A stretch of DNA of 64,000 bases from Anolis carolinensis (taxonomy: Eukaryota), in contig NC_085841.1 of assembly GCF_035594765.1 (NCBI RefSeq), positions 260,864,525-260,928,524 on the forward strand, in the 5' to 3' direction. The position numbers were made by a program, and so were the translations under genes. The notes under the pieces are model-generated. The model searched no databases. It had not been told where the DNA came from and saw nothing but the letters and a program-made list of their open reading frames with translations. The stretch's first letter is position 1, and each line of letters opens with the position of its first letter. Below are positions 25,333 through 38,103 of the stretch, in pieces.

Positions 25333-25860
25333 TTGCGCATAATATCGCCCATATTTATTTCTTCAGCTTGAGAGAATCATCTGCCAAACATCTTAGTGTC
25401 TTTATACTTGGGTCCTGCCATTTCCCAAATGTAATATGACCGCTAATTAATTCTCCAATTAATTATTGAATAATCTTAAACAATCAGTTAATAGGAATTC
25501 AATCAGACAGGTAGATATCCATTTCTTCAACAATTCTTAATTAATGCAGTTTCCAATTAATTAATTTTAAAAATTAGACCTTAATAAGTTCATAAATTCA
25601 TAAAATCCAGCCAGTTGATAGATTAATAAAATTAATGTTAATTAATTAATTGATCTATTTAAGTAGGTTGGTTAAAGTTGATTAAAACTGATTAAAGTAT
25701 CCCTTCTGACGTGGTTTGATTTGTATTTTCTTCTTTAGCCTTTATTTCCTTGAGCCAGAATGGGGTCTTGATCTCCTAGCCCCAATGTCTTTTTCTATCA
25801 ATTGGACCTTTCTTCTTTTATCCCAATCTTTTTATATAGCTTCTAACCTCCCTCATTGTC
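19348..25860 (-). mobile_element. Near full-length decayed L1-clade LINE (ORF1 plus ORF2 endonuclease/RT), split by an L2; 5' boundary uncertain
   Basis: ORF1 ATG at about 25421 with fragments to about 23505. ORF2 from ATG at 23394: APE motifs LQETH, NIYAPN, GDFN, SEH; RT motifs YRPISLLNTDYKI, DAEKAFD, GSREGCPLSP, FADD; C-terminal CWKC..HMWWSC. AATAAA at 19374-19379 and an A-rich tail at 19348-19363. Many frameshifts and stops. Confidence 0.9.
24372..25333 (+). mobile_element. 5'-truncated L2 LINE inserted into L1 ORF1
   Basis: VVHALVTSRLDYCNALYVGLP...LHWLP...AFSVAAPRLWNALP is a typical L2 ORF2 C-terminus. T-rich UTR, terminal stem-loop and (ATT)n tail at about 25279-25333. Confidence 0.9.
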
Positions 25861-25965
25861 TATATAAGAGGACAGTGCCTTGTTTCTAAACAGAGTCAGC
25901 TTAAGCAACCCATAATAGTAGCAGCAGTTTAATGGCCTACATTGTCCTGGGTTTAGCATGTTTAC

Positions 25966-26089
25966 CTTTCCTATTGGATCTCACAAAAGAAAGGACCACA
26001 GCCTCCTTCTCTCTTCCTTGGAAACCATCTACAGATTTAATTTCCAGCTCTGGATAATTCTGACAGAGAAGCTCTCTTAGCATGTCCAC
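25966..26089 (-). CDS. IGHMBP2: IGHMBP2 coding exon (exon 12 equivalent, 124 nt); helicase motif V
   Basis: [41 protein letters not shown](G), with motif [13 protein letters not shown] acceptor, GTAAAC donor. Confidence 0.97.
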
Positions 26090-26770
26090 CTGAAAAGTAA
26101 AATAATTGCTAATAAATAAAAAAGACAAACAGAATATGAAAACAGCAAAAAAAAATCAAATGTGAAATATCTCCTGTTTCAAAAATCAAACCAATTGAAT
26201 CTAAAGGTCAACTAAGAAGGAGTAAGAAAAGGTCACTGGTGCCTTGCATTCTTTCTTGACATCTGCTGTGATACAAACTACATTTGAAAGGAGGAGTGCT
26301 GACCCTGTTCGTGATGGGAAAGGTTTGGGTAGGTTTGTGGACTAGATTCAACAACTGACACAAGAAGAATACTAATGCAAGTCAACTCAGGTCACCAAAT
26401 CCACTGACACTTTTCCACTTATGGCAATGCCTCCCCCCAAATAAGTTTCACAGGGTTTTCTTATGCAAGGAATACTCAGAGGTGGTTTTTCAGCCTATTC
26501 ATCTCAAACACAGCCTATTGAGTGAATTATATAATAACTGCTGGTGGTTTAATGTAGGGTTTAATGTCCTTGCTTCCTAGGGCTAAAAGGAGATTCATCC
26601 CAGCAACTCTGGAAAGGCCACATATCCCTGTCTCTTTGCTTATGCTGCTGACCCCAAAAATTCAGAGCTTAAGTATTAGTAGCTTAAATTAAAACTAAAT
26701 GGATTTGCCCTTTCTTTACATTCTCAATTGTTTAACGTTTGCTTCTGAGGACATAGCGGCCTACACCCAC

Positions 26771-26865
26771 CTGGAGGTTATAAGGAGTAATGACAGCTAT
26801 GTCTCTTGCCTTAACACCAGCATCTACCAAAGCTTGTATGTGTAAACCAACAAGACGCACTTCAC
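26771..26865 (-). CDS. IGHMBP2: IGHMBP2 coding exon (exon 11 equivalent, 95 nt)
   Basis: Not in the ORF track. Hand translation gives (G)[31 protein letters not shown] (UPF1-family I.VITPY..Q motif). CAG acceptor, GTGGGT donor. Confidence 0.96.
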
Positions 26866-29250
26866 CTGGAAAAGGAGAAACAAGTTAGCTGTGATCAGAG
26901 AACACGTTACTAAACCCCAGAAGAAGCTGACATGTTCCAAAGGAAAAGCATTCTAATCACTCAATGATGGTGAAAGGAAGCCTAACACTCGCAATTCAAT
27001 TTGAAAACCAGCCTTTAAAGGCATTCTACAAAAGAACAAATCTCTTTGCTCTGGAGGCACATATTTACAAAGGACTCAAGAGAGGCAAAACATCTCACTT
27101 TGTGTAAGGTACCAGGTTTGTGGTGATGACTAAATTCAAATTTAATAGCTGTGAGACTTTTTCCTGGTCCTCTCATATTGCCATTCACACTTGTTATGTA
27201 TGACAAAATATATTTTTTATAAATGTTTTGATTACATGAAAATCTGTCTGCTGACTTCAGTGCAAAAATCAAACATTCACCCAGCAGCTGCAGTTCACAT
27301 AGGAAAAAGAGGTTATTTCAAATGTTCTTTCATTAAATATGAAAGGGAGACATGCAAGCAAAAGAAGACTGAACACTCATTTTAAAGACTTGAGATCCCT
27401 GCCCGCCCCCTACATTATTTATTCTTATAGGTACTGTGTATTAGTCCTGAATGAACAGTAGTACTAAAGGTCAACCAGTCTGGAAATCTTCCTAATTGTT
27501 CATTATGTTTCACAAGAGTTGCTAGGCTGATTTAAATGCCTAAACTTTTGTTGCTTGTGGTTCTGGCCTTTCGTTCTGCATGAAGGCCTGTCATACGCAC
27601 TGTCAGTGTGGTCAAACTCTTGCTGTCCCATTAACTGCAGATGAGTGCCTTGTTCATGCAGAGATTTGACAAAGTGCAATGTGCCAAGGCAATTAAAAGC
27701 AAAAGTTCTCCCAGCCATATGGGAGTGAGGAGAGTTCAGCATTTCAAGCTGATGACTCACAGCGTTGTCCATCATTTCAGAGTCTGTGCGGCAACTCAAG
27801 GGAGCTATTTAAACTCAATTCCTGGGTTTGACATGTGGCTTTTCCCTTGAGCTCACTCAATCTTCAGGAAAGTCTGCAAAACTTGCCTGAAGCTACAAAA
27901 AATCAGACTAGATGATTTTCTAGCTAGGTATCAGGAATTTCTCCTATTCACTGCTATTTAGAATGGCTGTTTGGATCTCAGCATATTTTAGTTATTGGGT
28001 TTTGGGATGAAGACCATTCAGACATTATTGGATTATAACTCCCATCACCCCAACTATTAGTCATTTTGGGTGGGGCTGATGAAAACTGGAACCCAACAAC
28101 ATCTGGAGGGCAACAGCTTCTCCACTTATAGTTTGTATGAGTACCAATTAGTACACCCATTGTGTCTATTCAAAATGGGAACTTATAGCAGCAATGATCA
28201 ATCAACCATGTTCCTTTCTATGAAATGTGAGAAGGAGTCTTAAAATTTTCTCACATGTATTTATTTCTCCGGTTTACTGCAATGTCTGAAAAACTGACAT
28301 AAATACCTATATCAATAATGAAGTATTTTAAAAATAATTATAGCACCAAAACTATTTATGAAGTGGGGTCTTCCACACAAAACCAATCTCCACAGAAGAA
28401 TCTATTGATTCTAGAAGGTTGACATGCTATATAAAGAAGTTTACCATTATATCCCCGTGCACTGCACTGCATGGCATTAGAAAAGCCATTTCTTTCAAGT
28501 TCGAAGCTTCTAAACTATTTCCATAAGAAAATTATTTGCATTTATGTGCAATGGGGGAGTTGATTAAGCCATCACAGACTGTTTGCAATTTTTGGTTTGT
28601 TGGTTTACAAGATAGGTACAAAGTGCAACATCATTTAACCCCTTTAGGTACGCATCCTGTGACAGCATGAATAAGTTTTAGGACAGATCTCTCATAAAGG
28701 AAACTCAGCTGAATTATGTGGGCTTTATTTCTAAGGAAACACACATTCGATCAGACTGTAATATATACAAGTGCCAATTTGAGGTACCCAATATAATACA
28801 CATGATTTAAATTCTTTGAAATAGTAGAGGCTGCGGCAATATTTCATCAGAAGGAAAATCAAGGAATTTAAGAGAAAGCCCATATGGACTGGATTCTTTT
28901 CCACAGGTTGGAGAATTCTGTGAGCTAAATTCTATATAGGATGCTCCCACAAGGTAAAGTTTTTCCAATGTCATATCCTTCTGCTGTTCCAATATTCACA
29001 CCCCCATCCTACTTTTCCTCTGTGCCTTTCTATCCCCAAAAAGATTCCACGAGGAATAAAAAAAAATAGGTAAATAGTTCCTTCTCTCCAATCAGCCACT
29101 GGAAAAGCTCCCTTGATTCAAAAACCTCTAGTTGACAGGAGGCCTTTTACTGGATCCATCCCAAGTATTCCTGTGTGGTAGGGAGCTGCACAATGACTAC
29201 GGTATATGGTTCTTCTAGTACTATCCAACTCCATGATAATGTGCTAATAG

Positions 29251-30069
29251 GACTTGACAGATTAAAGAGATGGGCCGAAACTAACAAAATAAAGTTCAAC
29301 AGGGACAAATGCAAGATACTTCACTTTGGCAGAAAAAATGAAATGCAAAGATACAGAATGGGGGATGCCTGGCTCGACAACAGTAAGTGTGAAAAATATC
29401 TTGGGAGTCCTCGTGGACAAGTTAAACATGAGCCTACAATGTGATGCGGCGGCTAAAACAGTCAATGGTATTTTGGCCTGCATAAATAGGGGTATAGCGT
29501 CTAGATCCAGGGAAGTCATGCTCCCCCTCTATTCTGCCTTGGTCAGACCACACCTGGAATACTGTGTCCAATTCTGGGCATCGCAGTTGAAGGGAGATGT
29601 TGACAAGCTGGAAAGCGTCCAGAGGAGGGCAACTAAAATGATTAAGGGTCTGGAGAACAAGCCCTATGAGGAGCGGCTTAAAGAGCAGGGCATGTTTAGC
29701 CTGCAGAAGAAAAGGCTGAGAGGAGATATGATAGCCATGTACAAATATGAGAGGGGAAGTCGGAGGGAGGAGGGAGCAAGCTTGTTTTCTGCTGACCTGC
29801 AGACTAGGATGTAGAACAATGTCTTCAAACTACAGGAAAGGAGATTTCACCTGAACATTAGGAAGAACTTCCTCACTGTGAGAGCTGTTCGGCAGTGGAA
29901 CTCTCTGCCCCGGAGTGTGGTGGAGCCTCCTTCTTTGGAGGCTTTTAAGCAGAGGCTGAATGGCCATCTGTCGGGGGTGCTTTGAATGAGATTTTCCTGC
30001 TTCTTGCAGGGGGTTGGACTGGATGGCCCATGAGGTCTCTTCCAACTCTATGATTCTATGATTCTATGA
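29251..30069 (+). mobile_element. 5'-truncated CR1 LINE
   Basis: [21 protein letters not shown]...[17 protein letters not shown]...[16 protein letters not shown]. 3' tail (ATTCTATG)n. Confidence 0.93.
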
Positions 30070-30303
30070 CATGTTTGTCCAGGGTCCCAAAATTCTAAAT
30101 AGCCAGCTAAACTGGTTCTGAATTATTTTCACTCTTTTTTCAGTTTTTTTATGGTAAGCTGTTATTTCACACATAGAACTTATTCTTCACTTTGTCAGAG
30201 GTTCACTAAGAAAATTCAGCATTTTTGGAGACCTAGGATAAAAAAATTACAGTTCTTATCCATCTCTGGCCTCTTTTCTAGTGCACTGCATAACACTCTA
30301 GGT

Positions 30304-30438
30304 CAGTGGTTCTCAACCTGTGGGTCCCCAGATGTTTCGGCCTACAACTCCCAGAAATCCCAGGCACTTCACCAGCTGTTAGGATTTTTGGAAGTTGAAG
30401 GCCAAAACATCTGGAGACCCACAGGTTGAGAACCACTG
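30304..30438. mobile_element. Palindromic hAT MITE
   Basis: Arms of about 55 bp, cagtggttctcaacctgtggg... / ...cccacaggttgagaaccactg. TSD ctctaggt / ctctcggt. Confidence 0.9.
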
Positions 30439-30714
30439 CTCTCGGTAATATCAATATCTCTCCCATCTTTCAGTAGTAATGGACTAAGGGAAATAACGAA
30501 CTATTTCATAATCTTGAGAAAAAGTGTTTCTAATGGTCAGCAATGCCTTCTTTCATTGGGTCTTTCAAGGAACTGCGTGTAAACAGCCTTATATGGCTTA
30601 TCAAACTTACAGGTTGCCAGAAAAATTTTGGCTATAATTTAAGATGAACTGTTTTCATAAAACTTAATTTAATGTTTATCAAATGTAATGCCAAAAATCT
30701 CAGGAATAACATTA

Positions 30715-31046
30715 CTGTATTTTTTATCCCAAAAACTTGGAATCAAAAATGTTTTTAATTTCAGACTTTTTTTTTGCATTTTTGAATACTTGTTGCATGT
30801 ATGTATATGACGGGATATCTTGGAGATAGGACCCAAGTAAACTCAATTTTGATTTTTGTTTCTTATATACATAACCTAAAGATTGTTTTAGATAATACTT
30901 AAAATATTTTTGCTATGAAATAAATTTTGTGTGGACACTGAATCATCAGAAAGCAAGTGTCTCCATCTCAGCCACACAGGTAGACTATTTTAGATTATGG
31001 AGTATTTTGGATTTCAGAATTCCAGATAAATGATGCTCAACCTGTA
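30715..31046. mobile_element. Old Tigger-like MITE remnant
   Basis: Right end gataaatgatgctcaacctg followed by TA. Left end degraded. Confidence 0.45.
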
Positions 31047-31415
31047 TCTCTTCAAGATTATTTCTTTAATATAGGGAGAGTTCCTAGCTTAAGGGAAAAA
31101 CAAATGATTTGTCTGTAGAAGGTCCCAAATTCAATCCATGGCATCATCAGTTAGGGCTGGGAAGGATTCCTATTTGAAGCCTGAAAGAGCTACTGTACTT
31201 AGTTTCAGCAACGAACCAAGTTAGAAGAACCATTAGTTTGGTGTCATATATGACAGCATCCTTTGTACTTTCCTGGCAAAAGGTTACAATTTTACCTAGC
31301 AATAGCTGAATTATACTACTGTATGTATGGATGATATAACTTGAAATGTGAAGGTCAAGGGAAAAAACAGATTTCAGCAGCAGAAAAACAATTAGAACAG
31401 ATAAAACAATAGTAC

Positions 31416-31534
31416 CTTGGTTTCCTTTTGACTGTTCATCTTCCACATCAAGCTCAAATAAGCCGCAACCAGCTGTATCGATCAGAAGCAAAGGAATACT
31501 AGTCTCTTCCGTTGAAGCCACTCCTGGCAGGTCC
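31416..31534 (-). CDS. IGHMBP2: IGHMBP2 coding exon (exon 10 equivalent, 119 nt)
   Basis: [39 protein letters not shown](G). CAG acceptor, GTACTA donor. Confidence 0.96.
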
Positions 31535-34500
31535 CTGGCAAGTTAAAAGAAATAACCATGAGTCCACAGCAGTACTAGCATAAGGGCAATAGTTTCATTC
31601 TTCTTTTAAAACTCTGGTGTAATTTGTTCTTAATTTTTTCAGACTTCACAGGTAAAACCACAGACTGGAACAGTATTCCTTACACTCTGTTCTTGTGTTT
31701 TGGACTTCAGCGCCCAGAGTCCCTCATCATGGCCAAGGCAGCTGAGGTTTCTGGGAATCAACATTCAAAACACATGGAGGACCACAGTTTGGGAATCACT
31801 GGGCTAGAAGACATCTTGACCCTGTGTGTAGCTAACATAAATATGTAGCATATTTTTGCCCTTCCCCATTCAGCTAATATTACCTGGAAATGCCAAAGGA
31901 CAGAGTACAAAGCAAAAACAGGCTTTCATCTTATGTGATTTCATTAGTGCACTGGAAATATTCATGTTAAAAAATGGAAAAGGTAGGAGACTTAAAATTA
32001 ATAAATAATTTAGCTATGTATCATTTATAATAACAGCCAGTTATTGCTAAAAGGATGATTTCCCATGATGAAAAAGAAGCCAATAAATTTGATCTTCCTG
32101 AATCACTGATGCTCTTTCAACTCAATTTTACTTTGATTAATAGATAAAAGAGAGGTTTTCAAGAATTGCTGATGAAGGATAAGTAAATATCTAAAATGTG
32201 CAGTGCCCATTCATTCTTCAGTATTTCCTACTCTCAAATATGACATACCAAGAGTGGCCCAAAAAACAAAAAAGATCAGGGTCAAGTTTCTAGCTCATGG
32301 GTTTAGAAACAATAGGTAGGAGGAGATGACATTAACTGAATGTATTCATTAATTACATTTATATCCTGCAACTTCCTGGATTCAAAACCTGGCTCCCTTT
32401 CTCTTTACTTCATTCTCACAGTGCAACTGAGAGGTAGGTAAGCTGAAAAATAGTAACATTAGTCATCGGTGAATTTAAATGAAATCATTATTCAAAAATC
32501 CAGAAGTGAATCTCATTATTCAGTTCTGGATTTTCCAATTCCCAGACCAAGTCTCTAACTGCTAGACCTCTGAAGAGCCTCTAACACAGTTCTAATTCAG
32601 TACTAATTGATAGTAATGAAAAAATTAGTCATGGCTCAGGTAACATTCATTTCAATGAGGGCTATGTAAAGCTAAGTTTGAATACAGTGCCATACACATC
32701 TTCCTCTGAATTGGTTTCATATTGTTAGCAGCACTGGCCTACCATGAGATCAGGTAAGGCACAGCAGAAGGCAAGGTTGCAGCAATAGCCCTTTCCCTGG
32801 TGCTCCCAAAACCTTACAAATATAGGAGCAGCTTTATAATTTCTATTTGAAGTGTCCATAATCCATAGGATATGTTAAATATCTTGCAGTGGGTATTAAA
32901 CTGCTGACTCTGTTTTGGGACTTTGGGTTTTGCTGTTCCTATGTTGGAATTTATGGGAAGAGAAAGAACGTGGCATAACATTATGGATAAGGTTTGCTCC
33001 ACCTGCTAAGCTTAAATAAATCATTTCCTTAAGGTTTTTTTTTTTTTGCACTTTTAAAACATACTATCTGTGGGATTGGGTAGCATTTGTAGCTTGCTTG
33101 ATAAATATGACCTTTACTTTCTTCCCTCAAGGCTTCGTCCTCCTTCAGTGCTTTTGTTGTCATAGTTAAAATCTGTTAATTGTAGCTGTGAACCTTGGGA
33201 AAAAAACTTCAAAACTTATTTCTGCAATGCTAAAACAACTTTCAACAATCTCAAGAACTAAACAAAATACGGAATGTGTTAAGAATGAATTCAGTCTCAA
33301 TTAACTAATGCCAAAGACGAAAATTATAGACGTAGGCTTTCCATAGCGCAGTTGCTTGTATGTTTCAGTATGCAGAGACAAAAGCAGCGTCCTTTGATGT
33401 ATTACAAGAGACAATGTTGTGACAGCTATGATATTAGGAAAAGGCACAATGCACAGTCAGGATAATCTAAAGCAGAAGGCTGCTTTAATACCATTTTTCA
33501 TTTAAAACAGGCATAGCAACAACATGCACCAACAAACCGAAGTTGATCAACACATTCATTACAACAAATGAAAAAGAGTTTTGAGGAATCACAAGATAAC
33601 AGAAAGTTTAGAGGGCCCAGGTTTGCAAGGCACAGTGAAAAAGAAAAAACCCTCAAGTTTTTAAAAACTTGTTCTCATAATAAATGTGTTGCTAAAAACA
33701 GAACTCAGGGTTTGCCTGAGTAACATTTACTTGTTCTATTAACTTTGAGTATGCTTAGAGCAAGCCAACAGTCCAACCTAAATCACATTTACTCAAACAC
33801 AGCCTTCAAATTTTTCAACTGAATATACAAATACTCTACACAACACATATTGAAGTCTTTAAATAGCTTCCCTGTAGTCGCATGGGACTTCTACATTACA
33901 TAGTACAGGAAGACAGAAATGTTCTACCTGCCCAGTTTCCCTCCATCAATGATGCAAATTCAGATCGCATCCCACCAGATGATAAATTAAATAACATTTT
34001 CCCCCATTGGCTATCCCACAATTGGGTCAAGGAATGGAAACTGCCTTTACTTAAAGAGTGTCATGCGTAGATTTATCATGAACTTTTCTTTTTGTTTAAT
34101 TACACCTTGATGACAGGAATTAGGGGGATTTGTATCAGGACTGTAGTGACTGCAGTCAAGGCAGTTTTATGGCTACTCATCCAACCACTGAGATCCTGAT
34201 CCCTACCACACATATATGTGACTAGGCAGGTAAGAAAAAAAATCTCATCAAGGTGGTGTTAGGCTGTGGGAAAACAGAGAACTGACATGTTGCCACTCAG
34301 AGAAACAATTGCTCAATTTTATATTTGCTTGATGTTGATGTTCAGCATTCCCCAAACTTAGTTCTTAATTTGGGATTCAGCTAAAGATTTATTTGGTATC
34401 AAATGTGGAGTTAGCATCTCCTTACAAGGTATGGGGCCAAAATATTTTTTTTACCCTCATAAATAATATGTATCTAACCACATGGAGGAAAGACAGAATT

Positions 34501-35854
34501 CCCAGCACACCCAATTCTACAAATAATTTGACATAACCTAGGCCTTCATATTTTAGAACTCAGAAAACACTGAAGTTTGAGAGGTGGGAAGTAGGTAGCA
34601 GTTGCTGCTGCTGCTACCAGAATTAAGGGCTTCTGCATAGTAAGAGCAGACTGTCATGGGTGTGAAAGAACAGAATGGACTTTGTGATGAAGCACCTCAG
34701 CCCTGTTGAGTAGGAGAAATGCCTTTCCTTCTCCTGAATGCAACATTGCTATGACAAAATCTATTACTTTTGTTGGTTCCAAAATAGACTTCCTTGAGAC
34801 TGAAAATAATGAAAAAGAAAGATGTTAACCTCCTCCTCTTATGGAAACGGAAGCATAAGTTAAGCATAGGATCTTCTAAACCTTTCACCATTCAGAGTTG
34901 GAAGCATGAATGTAAAAACTGTTAAAAAGTGTGATACCACTGAATTAAATGGGGGATAGTTAAGCACACTGGGAACTCTCTTCCTAATCACACAAAATAT
35001 CAGGTTTGGGGGTGGGAAAGGGGAGTATTGATCACCCTATGTTGGAACTCCATCTGTATAACTTGAGTAATACAAGACTTCAAGGTCTCTGGAAGGTTTG
35101 TCTCCTTTTGTTATTCTATAATATGGTGCTTGCGATAGAAAGAGAGGATATAGTATATCAGTTTAAGATGCTGTTCTAAAGCTCAGCGAAGTCAGTGAGA
35201 ATTATATAGTCTTCATCTAGCAACTGCATCAGACCCTAACTGTGCTGCTAAGATCTTCACACAAAACAATTCATTTTTATTGTTGACAATTTCTTTTACA
35301 GTCGTTAGAAAGTATTTCACTGCAATTGCCATCAATATTGCGTACTGAGATTATCCTCTCCGTGATTTAAATCTACAATGTGATCTCCAAACAAGAAAAA
35401 CATTGTCCTGATGGAAGTGTTTCCTGAATACTAAACATTCATTTTGTAGTCCAGTTTTGCAGTTTCAGTTACTATAAAACGGGGGGGGGGGGGGGGGGGG
35501 CTATCCTACACTACAAACTGCATCTCCAGAATTTGGGTTGAAAATCAATAAAAACTCAGCCCATGAAGTGACTGGAAGTCTTTCTAATTTTTATTTTGGG
35601 GGGAGGGGAGGAAGGGAGGGAGGAAAATCTAAGCTGTAAGTGCTACAGGGAAGATCAAAATCAATATTTGCTAAACAAAAAGGTACAATCTGCTTTCTTC
35701 TCATTTTTATTGAAACTGAGCAAAATAAATGCCTGGTTATTGCAGGCAACAGAAGAAATCACTAGACATATTCCAAAAATATTAATCAACAATGGCAACT
35801 TATCCTAGTAGCAGTAGCAGCAGAAACAGCAGCAAACAAACACAGGGCACTTAC

Positions 35855-36037
35855 TTTAGCAAATGTTGTGCAACAGAGTGGTGAGCCAAGAGGCGGCCAT
35901 CATACATCTCAGTGGAAGCCCATTGCATTATGTCCTGGTGCATTCGGTACTGCACAGTGAGCATTTTGACAACACGATCGCCATATTTTTCAATCAACCT
36001 TTCCATTAAGCTGAGAGAAAGGCCCTTCGAGGCAGCC
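35855..36037 (-). CDS. IGHMBP2: IGHMBP2 coding exon (exon 9 equivalent, 183 nt); helicase QYRM motif
   Basis: [60 protein letters not shown](K). CAG acceptor, GTAAGT donor. Confidence 0.97.
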
Positions 36038-37123
36038 CTGTAACAAGAAATTAACAAACAAAAATTTAAATAAGGATGAATAAAGAAAGTGATTAAGAAG
36101 GTTACAGAGTCATCAACTTCATCACACTGTTTGGCACTCAAAGAAAGTGACATACAAAGAGTGATGGTGATCCAGTAAATGAACACAAGGAACAGCTGGC
36201 ACTTTCAAGAAGCCTACTTGCCCTCAGAGTTCTTTTGCTCTGTAACTGACAGTGAGAAAAGCTGTATGTACACTTGCCAGCATCTCAGTTAAATTTGCTC
36301 CAAAATGCCATGCATGAGATCAGCGTCTTCCAGATGTTGTTGGATGCCTCTCCCAACATTCCTCATCACTGGCTAGCCTGGCTACAGCTTCTGGAATTTG
36401 CAAACCAACATCTGTATTTGGAAATGCTTCTACCTTACCTCCCTTGGTTACAGCATCTTTAAATTCTAATACAGAGAGACATAGAGAGACAACACAGTGT
36501 AGTGTTCTGGGTATTCAACTACGATTCTGGAAACAAGGGTTCAATTCACTCATCAACCATGAAAACCCACTGAACAAGTTACAGATTCTCAATCCCAGGA
36601 AAACCTGTGATAGGGACAATTAAGGGCCGCCATAACCCAAAAATGACTTGAAGGAATACAACTACAAAAAGAGGACCAAAGCAATGTAAACAGTAGGTTT
36701 TTTTTTTAAAAAAAAGTGAACATCTGAAAGCTCATGGTTTTGTAAATGTCATACCTTGCTATTTCAATCCATGTTTTAATTACCAATAATCATGTATTTT
36801 CTTTGGTGTTTAAAAGTCCAAATATGCCATCTACTGCCCTTCCTTCAAAATTCAAGCTGTGTTCCAGAACTAGATCTCATTAACTCAATAAATAGTCTCC
36901 ATGTTTGAATGAACAGATTCCCCCTTTCTCCTTTTATTATTTTCAGTCAATATATTATTTAAAGTCAAGTTCTGTATTTTTCTTCACATACTCATATTGA
37001 TTATTTTTTTCAAACTTCCAATTTTAGTTACCATTAGTCTAAGCAATACAAATGATACATTAGATTGTTATCTTAAATGCGGAAGAAATCTAAATGGGGA
37101 TTCTTCTACTTTTCATTTGTACA

Positions 37124-37258
37124 GTAAAAGGTAAAGGTTTCCCCTGACGTTAAGTCCAGTCATGTCTGACTCTGGGGGTTGGTGCTCATCTCCATTTCTA
37201 AGCTGAAGAGCCGGCATTGTCCGTAGACACCTCCAAGGTCATGTGGCCGGCATGACTG
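37124..37258 (-). mobile_element. 5'-truncated Sauria SINE
   Basis: aaaggtaaaggtttcccctgacgttaagtccagtc...ggccggcatgactg matches the 3' part of the other copies. Confidence 0.85.
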
Positions 37259-37814
37259 TACCAGTACCAGTACTGTACAGTACCAGCACTGTAGTAATAA
37301 TAATAAACAAATGTTAACTAAGCAGTCATCTGAACGTGCCTCCTCTAGTTCTATTTTCCAAACAGACATGACATGAGAATGGTGCTGATAGTCTGGAAGT
37401 AAAAACCATGACAATCAGTGCAATTCTGATACTACAGTTCCTCTGAGCTTGTAGGCAAAGATTTTCCCCTTTACATTCTTAAAAATCCCATGCAAATCTA
37501 TTAAATGAAATAAAAAGCAAGTCTATGGCTTTCACACATCGTTCCGAACCTTTTCTTTTAGCACCAAGAAGCAAATGTTCTAAAGTATTCCTTTTAATGG
37601 AACCTCATAAAATGTAGAAGAGGGAATAAAAACCACCCTGGGCTGCAAATAAAACTTTTGCATATGTTAACAATTGTTATTTCCCGACTCTGGAACTCCC
37701 TTCCCAGGGAGATTAGGTTGGTTCCCTAGCTATCTTCCTTCAGGAAACAACTGAAGACTTGAATGTTTCAGCAGACCTTCAGAGATACAGTCATTAATTA
37801 ATCAGCCCCAGAGG

Positions 37815-38040
37815 GTTTTTAATCATCTATCATGTATTTTACGGTCTTACCATTTATGTGTTTTAAATGCAATTTTTATCTTGTATTGTTGTTTTAATTG
37901 ATATATTGTATTACTGTTTTATCTTTTTTATATTGTGATTTGTTTTATGTTGCTTATATTTTGTCCTTATGTTGTTTGGGCCGCTGCTCCATGTAAGCCG
38001 CCCCGAGTCCCCACGGGGAGATGGTGGCGGGGTATAAATA

Positions 38041-38085
<45 letters not shown>

Positions 38086-38103
38086 CATCATCATTATTAT
38101 TAT
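37815..38103 (+). mobile_element. L2 LINE 3' end
   Basis: T-rich UTR, gtaagccgccccgagtccccacggggagatggtggcggggtataaat and (ATT)n tail, like the L2 end at 25227-25333. Confidence 0.8.

Noticed and set aside
26090-31415. Apparent loss of IGHMBP2 exon 11 (also exons 8 and 14), which are absent from the ORF track
   Set aside because: All were found by hand with proper splice sites and phases. They lack a start codon or are too short for the ORF caller.
35481-35500. 20-nt G homopolymer (possible G-quadruplex)
   Set aside because: Simple homopolymer of uncertain length with no other support for function.
36280-36375. Second C/D box pair on the minus strand
   Set aside because: Lies largely in what looks like an old palindromic MITE remnant and lacks a closing stem.
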